Assembly: GCF_009914755.1 (NCBI RefSeq)
Contig: NC_060926.1
Source: the human T2T-CHM13v2.0 reference genome, Homo sapiens
Reading direction: 5' to 3' (one strand)
Length of the DNA stretch: 64,000 bases
Shown: positions 48,415 to 64,000 of the stretch, piece by piece
How positions within the stretch are numbered: position 1 is the first letter of the stretch
How the letters are laid out: every line of letters starts with the position of its first letter
Position numbers and translations under genes: made by a program
Notes under the pieces: generated by a model
Database searches by the model: none
Seen by the model: only the letters and a program-made list of their open reading frames with translations
What the model was told of the DNA's origin: nothing

Positions 48415-49539
48415 TCATGGTCATGACAATTTCGCGGATAGTTGTGCCATGTGTCTGGACTGGGACCATTGAATGGTGGTTTTCCATCACTGAAGAAATA
48501 ATTAAAGTGACCCAAACAAAGTGAGTGAGTGAGCGTAAAAGTGTCCAGGGCTAGGAACTATAAACGGTAGGTCACCTTATTCTCAGTTGGGCTGAATTCT
48601 CATGTTGGGCTCTACTTTAGTAGAAGGCAGTTGGGAAGTGCCTTCTTACCAACATCAGAAAGAAGTCAGATAAAATCCTGACTTCTTTCTGACTAATCTG
48701 GGACTCCTATGAGAAAAAGAATTGGTACCTTTTAGTTAAAAGAAAGAGATCTCTTCCTGAAGAGACCAGCAATAGGAATATTACACTGCTTCATCTCATA
48801 TCTAACCCCAAAAGAGCCAAGAAAATGCACACAATATGGAGAGAAGCAAATGGATCAAAACTGAGATTAGAACATAATCCCTCAGCAGCCAGACAGTCCT
48901 TAGGAAAGAGAGGCAGTGCTGTGGGATAGGTCCAAAACAGGAAGTCCAAAAACAGAAAAAAACTACTTTTAAAATTTAGATTTATTCCAGAAAGAATTTA
49001 AAATATGTCAAGCACATACATTAATTTAGTATGTTTATGATTATCCTTATAGTTTATAATACTATTTTTATAATTTACTATATTTCCCAATGCTGATATT
49101 CTGCTTTCTAGCATATGCTATCATTTTACATATACATATGCATACACACGCACACACACACAAACACACACACCCCAGGATGTGTGTGCTAGGATAAAAG
49201 GCAGCAAAACCAAAAGATGCACTTGCTTACAGGCACTGCAAGCAGCATAATCAAGGATGTCCACGAAGGAGAGAAGCCTAGAGCTCAGACCTGGAGAGCT
49301 GTTTCAGTGCTAAGCACGAGGAGTTGGTAAATAAGGAGCATGCCTGGAAATAGAGTGCAAGATGAGCCAAAGGGAATGATTTAAGATGGAGTCTATGAAT
49401 GAAGTGAAAGTGTCAGGAGCCCTTTCTTACTGATAATTGCTTTGTGGAGATAGGTTCACCTGCAGCCTAAAGTCACGGAGCACGTTCAGAAAATAATAGC
49501 AATTTGCCATGTTTGTTGGGAATAAATAGAAATCTAGGG

Positions 49540-49692
49540 AAGTGATTCTCAAAGTTTGTTCTCTGAACCATCAGCATCAGCATTATCTGGGAACCTGTTA
49601 GAAATGCAAATTATCGGACCTCTCTCCATATCTGCTGAATCAGACACTCTGGGCTGGGATCTAGAAATCTGTTTTAATAATGTTTCCTGATC
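49540..49692. mobile_element. MER5A
   Basis: agtgattctcaaagt...cagcatcagcattatctgggaacctgttagaaatgcaaatt...gctgaatcagacactctg. Confidence 0.82.
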
Positions 49693-51029
49693 TAAGGCAG
49701 TGTGTGTACCTGTTCCTGTGTGTGCACAAGTGCATGAGGGAGGTATTGAAGAGGACAAAGGCAGGGACAGGTTGGGAAGAGCTAAGTATTGTTTTAAGCA
49801 AAGTCTTTCTCCTTTTGGTATAGGTGACCTCTTCTTCTCCTGGTCTGACTCTGTAAGGGGTGAAAGAGGATATAGTAGGAATCCCAGTCAAACAATCTTG
49901 AGGTTATTAAGGTGGTATGATGGAATGCCTTTCTTAAGAAATTATCAAGATGGACCCTACTTTGTTATTTTGCCCCCACATTCTTTATGCAAACCTTGAT
50001 TAATTAAATTTTTAAAACTTGCTAGGTTGTTATTGATGGAACTCTGCTCAAACACTGCTGATTAGTATAATCACCTTGGATACAGAGGCCACAGAATTCT
50101 AAGGGGAAGAACACCTTTCATGTCTTCTCAGCCAAGGAAACCTAATACCTCTGAACTCTAGCCCCTTAGCCCTTCTGAAGCTCTTTAAATAGCTCATGGG
50201 GGTTTAGGAAGATTTTTCAAAGTACTATCTGAATGATATTAACTTGGAATATTTTCTTTTAGCCCCCAAAGGATTCATTTTTTAAAAATGCTGCTTGATC
50301 ATTAACACAACCAGTGTCCTCATTAATAATCTGAGCTGCCTACAACCATGTCCTGGTTACCTCTGTGCTCTGCTATTTACAAGCTGGTCACAAGGAGCTC
50401 TTGCAAGTCATTGAATAATAATCAATTTGCTTTGTTTTCCTTCTAGATTCATTAAATTGTCTTCCAGGATGCCCATTAAACATGCATTTCTCATCAACTA
50501 AGTGGTTCAAAATGAGAGCCTTTGAACACTTCTAATTAGCTCTGTAAAGTTTAGAACAAAGTTAACAGAGACCCCAAAAGACTATTGTTTGGAGTTTCAG
50601 CCCACGGTTTGCTAGTTGCCAAGTAATGCAAAATCAAGAGTGCAGTTTTTACCCCCTGAAGATCTCTTTGAAAAACCAAGATAAAAGGAAGTACATTATT
50701 TACAGTAGTTGTCACATTTGTGGCTAATAATTGTTATTTAGGTTAACTCACATGCATACGAAACGTGTTGCCTCACTTGGAGAGGAATGGCTCGGTTTTC
50801 CAAGCCCTGTAGGCCTTTTCAGAGACCTGAGCCAAGGGAGGTCTAACATCTAAGAAAGATTGTTATAGTACTCCAGAGTTTGAAACTCTTTTTTCTTGGA
50901 TGAAAGCACTGTAAAATTAACTCTTACCTAGCTACAAAGATTGGAGGGCATTAGCAAGACTACCTGCGAGATATTTGAGAGGCATATGGAGAAAATGGAT
51001 GATCTCTCAGAAATATCCTCTTAGAATAG

Positions 51030-51210
51030 CCGTTATCAACCTTGCCTATGTATCTGAAACCCATGGAAAGCTTTGAACCAATGTTGATATCTGGGACCCA
51101 TCTCAGACCAATTACTTAAAAATCTCTGCTGGTGGTATAGCCAAGACAGAGTCATATTTCAAAAGCTGCTCAGATGATTTTAATGAGAAGCCGAAGTTGA
51201 GAGCTATTGT
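51030..51210. mobile_element. MER5B-like MITE
   Basis: ctgggacccatctcagaccaatt...aatctctg...gatgattttaatgagaagccgaagttgagagc. Confidence 0.6.
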
Positions 51211-51866
51211 CTTAGAATCCATCAGTTATCACTTTCTGGTCCCTGAAGAAGAGCTATGGGACCTATATGGGTTAAAGGGATGCTCCTCCCCACTTCCTAC
51301 TTATAAAGGAATAGCTGCTCTTCTATTTTTGTCAGAGCAGTAGCATAGATTATCCAAAAGCCACTTGTGTTTTTTTTTATTGTTTTAAAAAAATCTTAAA
51401 AGAATCATCTAGTTTAACTTTGTATTAATAAATATTAAAATTTGTTTGCACTCAAACTAATCCAATAAGCATACATTGACTAAGCATAGAGATGGATTTT
51501 GGGGGATATGAAGGCTACTGACATTGAAATAGTCCCACAAAACACAGAGCAGATACACAGTTAAGAGTGAACTTTAATTAAGCTGTAAATATTTTGAGCT
51601 CTATAGATTTTTCTTAGTATCTTCAGGTTCTAGAGAGTTAATGTGGAAGAAGCACACCCATACAGGTAAATTAGAGAGAGACCACAGCATGGCACATGAA
51701 GCTTCCAAGTGACTTTCACTTGTGGCCACAGATAATATTTATTGTGAAAAACCCATTGAAATCCTTAAACCTTGGTAAACTTAGAGTTTGGTAAATTGTC
51801 TTAGAAAGTCAAATCATCCATATTGGTTGGTTCTTTGTATAACATAACTGTAAAAAATTATTTAGT

Positions 51867-52163
<297 letters not shown>

Positions 52164-52261
52164 TTATTTAGTTTAGGAGTTGCAAACTGTCAGCTATATT
52201 TTGTTTGGCCAACTTTGTGTTTTAAAAGCATAGGTCAGTGGAATTCTTTGTGATTCCACTG

Positions 52262-52991
52262 TGATATAAACAGAAGGCAAGGAAATACTGGGAAGAAGAC
52301 GGTAGGGTCCCTGGTGAGGGCTCCACCCTCAAGCCTGGGCCCATCACCCTAAATGAGAACTTCACATTCCTGTTTTCCGGCCTGAATGTTGCTTTTTGGC
52401 TCACACTGCCCCCCTATCCTGTACCTATAAAACCCCTAAACTCCACTGGCAGAGTAGCAGAGCGGCATGGCAGAGAAGGAGAGAAGAGAAGAAGCATCTG
52501 AATGCCAAAGAGGCAGCTGGATGGTTGGAAAGGAGTTTGGCTGGTGATGGCCAAACTCCAGGGGGAAGATTATCTTTCCACTCCATCCCATTTCCAGCTC
52601 CCCATCCCACTGAAAGCCACCTCCATCACTCAATAAAACCTCTGCATTCACCAACCTTCAAGTCCATGCGACGTGATTCTTCCTTGATGCTAGATAAGGA
52701 CCCGGGTACCAAGAGGGCAGGATGTGGTGTAAAAGGCTGTTATCCTGACTCTTCACTGAGTTGGTTAACACTTAGCCATCTGTGGATGGCAGTTGCTAAA
52801 AGAGCATTAATTGTTACACACCCCTAGATGCTACCATGGGGCTGGAGCCCAAAAGCACTTCCCCAGCCCCAGCACCCACTCACCTGCCAAGTTCCCCCTC
52901 CCACAAGGGGTTTGAGTGTGGTGGCCGAGTAAGCAAGCCATACCCCCTCTCACAGGTTCCATGAAAGGGTCCAAAGAACTCTCCCATCTCA
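52262..52991 (+). mobile_element. LTR1-family (ERV1) solo LTR
   Basis: tgatataaacagaaggcaaggaaatactggg...ctccaccctcaagcctgg...cctataaaa (TATA-like)...caataaaa (polyA signal)...gaactctcccatctca. Confidence 0.8.
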
Positions 52992-53387
52992 AGGGTACTG
53001 TGAAACAAAAGCCACAGGAGTTGATCTGGTATTATTCTGACTTTTGTTTAAAGTGGTCTTATGGGAACTAGGTCATCCTAACATATTTTTCTCTTAGCAG
53101 GGCAAACCAAGCAATATCTTGTACTATGTTTCTCCTCCAGATCTAGCAGATGACTCTCTTAAGATCAGGACAAATGTATCACTAATAAATATTTCAGGGC
53201 ATGTTTTATTGTCTTATACATTTAAACCTTACTTGTTCCCTCGTGTAGGTTCTAAGTCCTATATAGAGAAGGACCACCTATACTTATTTTGTACTTCCCT
53301 CATTACATGAAGTGTAATATTTAGACACATCATGATTATTAAACACATGCAGGGTGATAAGTAGTGTTATTCAAATACATATAGAGT

Positions 53388-53513
53388 TTTGTGTGTGTGT
53401 GAAACACATATGGTAGATATAAATGACATATACAAGTGTGTGTATATATATGCATGTGTGTGTGTATATATATGCATGTGTGTGTGTGTACATATATATA
53501 TATATATATATAT
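53388..53513. repeat. (TG)n/(TA)n compound microsatellite
   Basis: Seen directly. Confidence 0.9.
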
Positions 53514-55253
53514 TTGGAATGCCTATTTGTAGAGAGAGGGGGATTTGAGAGGAAGAACTGAAGAGCATTCTTAGCATTTTATGAATATGATCATTGCCCT
53601 GCCAACAGAGCATTTCACCAAGTACAGAAACAGAACCATTTAAACAAATAACATAGATAGAAGAGTATGGATGTTCTAACTGAATCAGATGCCCTAACTT
53701 TGCAAATTCTGCCAGATGGGAGGTGAGTGCCCTGAACTAACATCTGGTAATGAATATTAAACAAAGAATAAAAATAAAAGTTAGTAAAGGCATTTTTTTT
53801 CTTCTTGCTTCAGGCCTTGGTTTAAACTAATTTCATCGGATCCTCTTTTCCTTCTTATGATGTAGAATTTTATTTTCCAGGGAATTGAAGACTCTCTAGA
53901 AGAGCATATTAAACAATTATTCTTATCACCGAAGACTGCTTTTTGACAGGTACACTCAGAGACAAAAGAGAAACACCTTTCCCTGGAGGAAATGGGAAAT
54001 AAGGAGAAAGAATACAAAATGTAATTCTAATGTGGTACAGTCCAGCCACACTAGAAAAAGGTGATGAATAATTCAGGAGAAAATAAAGTACAAATTTGGA
54101 ACCTTTTGTGAGCATACTAGCAATCTCAGAAAAAGAGATAAGTAGACTTGGAGCAGAATTCAGCTAGATCATTGGATGTTGGCTTAGAATTCACCTTTGT
54201 TTTGTCTGAGTAGTTGGTCAGGCTCCAGTTGAAGCTGAGCGTGGCTGAACAGTCAGAGAGGGAAAATGAGGCCATGAAATCAGATATAGTGACGTAAAGC
54301 AGTGTAAAGCACATCTCTTCCTTTGCACAATAATAGCAAATCTGATTTTTCTCTCTGTCTTAATCATAGTGCTATTTACCTTGACACTTCTGGCATTCTT
54401 GGTAGGACCACATCCTAGACTCCCAGAATTTTCTTAACCTTGGAGATAAATTTAAGGTAGAGAAGATGATAACCATATAACCCCAGCATCAGAGTTCAGC
54501 TCTGCTTGTTTCAATAGTGCTTTGGCATTCCAGTTTCTAGTCCCTCCTTGCCATACTAGGCCTGTGAAACTGGCCTTGTTTTAGCTACACACTGTAATAG
54601 AAAACCATGCCTATGAGACAGATTCTACTAGTATTCATGAAACTCCTTCTAGTTAGCTTTATTCTAACTCTTATTCTTTCATACTCTCTCCACTATTCCC
54701 TCTCTAGCCTTGACAAATCATGACAATATTTCTTTCTTCTCAAACTCAGTGCCCTGTGAGAGTCTCAGACTACTTCCACTCTTCTGAATTCTTTTTTGTC
54801 AGTGATGGTTTTGGACTTCCCTGTTGTTTCTTTATCTTCATTTAGACAGACTGGAATTACTATGAGGTTGGCCAGTGACTCAGTGATTCAAAAAGTTGAA
54901 GCTGTATGTGATTTGTTGGATGCCTTCTTGAATTCCTGCCTCTATTGGCCAATTAGAAAGGACAGTTCTCATGCATTGTCTAGGATGCCTTCAGAAATCG
55001 CTGTCACTCAAATTCATATTGTAGCTACCATAAAATATGCAACTTGGATAGAATTATTCTCCAAGAGCATTTCTTCATGAAATCATGTATCAAAATGGCA
55101 TGCTATTTGTGCAAATTTAAGGCGACTTATGAATATTTTGAAACTCTTGTGACCCCCTTCTGTATGGAATATGTTCTAAGTTTGAGAGGGGGGGTATATA
55201 GACTGTCATTTTATGTTAAATGGCAGTGTGAAAGAGAGAAAAAAACAGTTAAG

Positions 55254-56253
55254 TGTGAGCCAACAATAAACTTGAAGCCTCCGCCTGACTCAATGGACCC
55301 CCTCTTGGCCAAAAGGACCTCAGAGAAATCGGAAAAACCTGAATTCCCAGACTGGACACGCCTCCTTATACTCTCAGCCTTTTGGAGTTTAGGCACAGCT
55401 GACAAGCATTAAAGTTAAAACAGATATCATAAGATTGACACAGCAGACTCTTTGTGGCAATAAGATATCAAATTATAAACCAGACCTAAGGCCATGCAAG
55501 GCAAGGGTTAAATCACACCCTACAAACCATAACATCTCATGACGTGGATTCTTAAAAATGATCCAGGTACAGCATGGCTCACTTTCCAAACTGATTCTAG
55601 TGTAGTATCACATGACAGATAGCAGACCCTCAAGCAAATAAAAACATTTTACTCCAAAATATATTTGGCATATTTTGAAATGGCCCTGCAAAGCTGTCTT
55701 TTGTGGAGAAAATTTGCGTCTGCAGAGAATCTCCATTAATGCAGCTAGACCTTCCCTTTCTAGGCCTTTTCTGGCTCTAGAAGAGAAAATTAGTCTGATA
55801 CCATTAGGTCTCAAAAGAGACATTTACTGCCTGTTCTCTTGGAGCTCTGTTACCTAAGAGGCTTAATCTACATAACAAGGGCCTTGGTCCCCACAACCCC
55901 TTTATTTTAACTCAAGCATTCATTTCTACTGACTTTAGGTCCTTAGACAATAGCTTAACTCTCTCAACCAATTGTTAAATAAAGAATCCCTAAAACCCAC
56001 ATGTGACTTACAAGTTCTCACTTCAAGATGTCCTACCTTTCAGGCCGAACCAACATGTACCTTGTACGTATTGATTTATGTCCTTGCCTGTAACTCCCAT
56101 CTCCCTAAAATGTATAAAACCAAACTGTAACCCAACTGCCTTGGGCACACTTTCTCAGGATCTCTTGACATTGTGTTTTCTGGGTCATGCCACTCATATT
56201 GGCTCAGAATAAACCTCTTTAAAATATTTCACAGTTTGGATTTTCTGTTAACA
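55254..56253 (+). mobile_element. MER4D/E-like solo LTR
   Basis: tgtgagccaacaataaa...aatggaccccctcttggcc...ctccctaaaatgtataaaacc...tattggctcagaataaacctctt...gttaaca. Confidence 0.85.
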
Positions 56254-57022
56254 AAAGAGGAAAAATGGAAAATTAAACTATAAAGAACCAGTAAAAATAA
56301 ATGTAATTGGCTTTATATCTTAGAGGAATATATGTATAAAAATGTATTTTGTTGTTATGTTTTGTTGTTCCATATGTTCTCTTGCTATTGTGATTTTACA
56401 GACTCTCTACTTTCTCATTGGTTGTTCTCTGGCAGCTCATTTATAATGTGGATTTTGATGTTTGGTGAATATAACAATGTGTCAATGAAAAGAGCCAAAC
56501 TATAAAATATTTACAGAGATTTATTCCGAGCCAAATATTAGTGACCATGGCCCGTGACACAGCCTTCAGGAAGTCCTGAGAACATGTGGCAGCCAAGGTG
56601 GTACAGCTTGGTTTTATACATTTTAGGGAGACATGAGACTTCAATCAAACACACTTAAAAAATGCATTGGTTCAGTTCAGAAAGATAGGACAACTAGAAG
56701 TGGGGGGCTGGGGTGGCTGCCCTGCGGCAGGGGCTTCCAGGGTATAGATGGATTGAAATATTTTTTGGTTGAGAATTGATTGAGTTTATCTAAAGACCTG
56801 GGATCAAAAAAAAGAAAATGTCTGGGTTAAGAAAAAGGACTGTTCTTATTTGTAGAGGAAGCCTTAGCCTTGAGAGAGAATAGGTTGAAAAATGTTTCTT
56901 ATCAGGCTTAAAGTCTGTGTTGGTGTTAATGCTGGACAGGTATAATGAGGCATCTCTGACCCACACTTCCCATCATGGCCTGAACCAGTCTTTCAGGTTA
57001 AACTTTAAGAGTGCCCCTGGCC

Positions 57023-59223
<2,201 letters not shown>

Positions 59224-59398
59224 AAGAGTGCCCCTGGCCAAGGAGTAAGTCCATTCAGATGGTTGGGGAGCCTTAGAATTTTCTTTTTTGTTTATAGATG
59301 TTATACATAACAATGATATCCTTGTCCTATCCACAAGAGCCTATTGAATTCACAAAGTAGCTAAAATATTGCATGTTTGCAACATAGTGAGATCTTAA

Positions 59399-59829
<431 letters not shown>

Positions 59830-59928
59830 TCTACTTTCATTTTTATAGGAAACGATTAAGACCGTTTTTTGTTTCTGTTTTGGTTGATAGATATGATGGA
59901 AGATGTGGGGATGAGAGAAGGAGACTGA

Positions 59929-60664
<736 letters not shown>

Positions 60665-60734
60665 ATAAAAAGGAGTTCTTAAGATGTCTTTATCGAGATG
60701 GATAAGAGGAAAACAAAAAGCCAATTTGGCCATA

Positions 60735-62096
<1,362 letters not shown>

Positions 62097-62339
62097 CATT
62101 CCCATGAAAAGAGAAAGAGACATTGATCAGATCTTGCCCTATACACAAATGAGATGTTAAGATTGGTCCACAGCAGATTGATTGGCAGTCTTGAGTAACG
62201 TGGGAACCCATGCATACAGGACATATGCAAATTAGAGTCCTGGAATTTGATTTTACTCTGAAACAACAGAAATAACATTCTCTCTTAGACCAAATTCTTA
62301 ATAGCTTGGAATCATTGACACTTAGATTGGAAAAGGATA

Positions 62340-62470
62340 TTATCTGGTTTAGTTTACAGGTAATGACGTTGAGGCCTGTACAGGTAAATGAAGTGGCTCA
62401 TCTGAGAGCACATGCCTGGTTAGTGACAGAGGGATTAAAAAGAATTGAGATCTCTTGACTCCTGGTCTAC
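62340..62470 (-). mobile_element. MIR
   Basis: tttacaggtaatgacgttgaggc...ggttagtgacagag...tctcttgactcc. Confidence 0.6.
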
Positions 62471-64000
62471 CCCTTCTTCGTGGAAAGAAACCAAAGCACA
62501 TTCTTTATGAGACCACCATGGAAGATGTTGCAAGGCCTTCGAAGTAGGGGATGATACCTGTTCATCGCATGGCTCCTGTAGACGTAACTAACAGCAGTAT
62601 TGAAAAAATGCAAGCTCCCAGTGAATCTCTGTTTCCTTTTAATGCTGCAGTTTGTTTTCTGGCAGCCTGTTAGCTTGCCTCAGAAGAACATTTGAAGTAG
62701 GGCTAGATTTCCCTTGACATTGTTAAATCCAGATCCTTTCCAAAGTAATTTCTTGAAAGCTATTTAAGTTGTCCCACTAGATGAATACCTGCTGATGACT
62801 GTTCTATTCACCAACTAATTCCTGAGCTTTTCATTGCTCGATTGCCTATTTAGTTTGTGTAATTTAACACTTTGTTGTCATATTTGTCTTAACTTTTTCA
62901 TTTTTATTTTCTTCTTACCAGAGGCAAGCAGAGAGACAAGGGAGAATGATTTATGAACCTTTCTAGCTTGAAATTCTTGGCCCTTTTTGTTTCTCTTTGG
63001 AATTTGAATAATTTGAGATGTATAGAGGCATGAATAAGGGGTGGTTATACAGATTTAATTTTGACTTTTTTGAAATTCAGTACCAAATAACATGTTGATA
63101 TTCTCATGAATTCAATAATACACTTCAGCAAACACATTTCGTGTTACCCTATTTTGTTATTTATTGTGTGATGACTTTCTGAAATTGTTATTATAATAGC
63201 TATTTACTTGCAACTTTTGTTTTTTATTTACTAATAGCTAAGCTACAGTTAAAAGGACCTGAGATGAAGCTGGGAAATAAAAATAACAGTACAAATTAGC
63301 ATATTGTAAATATCAAATAGTCTTATATATACACATCTTTGCCCACTGTATTCCCTTGGTTTGACTGCTCTTATTTCTCTGTCTGATTTACCCTATTTTT
63401 CTACAAGATGCAATGGGGCCCTTTCCTCCTTTGAGAAGCCTTCTCTCACCTCCTAGACTGGCTAAATGACCCATCTCTCTGCTTTTAGAGAGCCTTGTTC
63501 CTCTCTTCTTACCACAGAACCCCTTGTGCTTTACGCCAGTAGGTGTTCTCCTGCACACCCAGTTTGGCCTTGGAGATGTCTTCCTGGGAAGAGTTACTTC
63601 AGTGCCTCAGGTATTTGGGTTCTTATCATTGCTAAAGGGTACATTACCAGCATTTTAGGAGGGAGTTTTTTTCCTCTTCAAATTCCCTGAAATAATGATG
63701 TGTCTTAGACCTGTTTTCTTCCATCTACTAGGTGTCAATCCTTCTAGGTCACGGATACATTTTTGATAGATGTCATAATGTCATTGTACCACCAACCCCC
63801 TTCTACCTGCCACACTTTAGCATCTGTACTTTGGACCATTTATTTGAAAACAATTCCTTGAAGAGTCTCCAGTGGGACATTTTTCCTTGTGTGTATGTGT
63901 GTGCATGTGCATACAAGTGTGGTTGGCTTGGTGCCATCTCATATATATGGCATTTACATTCTGCAACATTGCCCTTTAATGAAAACCCCAGTTCACGGGA

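Overview
This is a gene-poor, AT-rich, repeat-dense window of catarrhine primate DNA, most likely great ape or human (AluY, L1PA4/PA5 and a CENP-B-box alpha-satellite piece are present). No host protein-coding gene, RNA gene or CpG island can be supported. The recognisable long ORFs are retroelement remnants or low-complexity artefacts. Main content: 11 Alu elements or fragments, two 5'-truncated L1PA copies with TSDs, a near-complete MLT2B/ERVL provirus, an MST (MaLR) provirus, several solo LTRs, DNA transposon relics, and a ~2.7-kb AT tract with a 30-bp minisatellite. The most unusual item is a 124-bp alpha-satellite fragment with a perfect CENP-B box inside a solo LTR, with no other satellite in the window. 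Next are a fold-back repair scar at 27.15-27.28 kb, the palindromic VNTR, and a CpG-retaining patch at ~60 kb. I see no convincing new multi-gene system. Repeat subfamily names come from memory of consensus sequences and need RepeatMasker/Dfam confirmation. Boundaries of old repeats are approximate.
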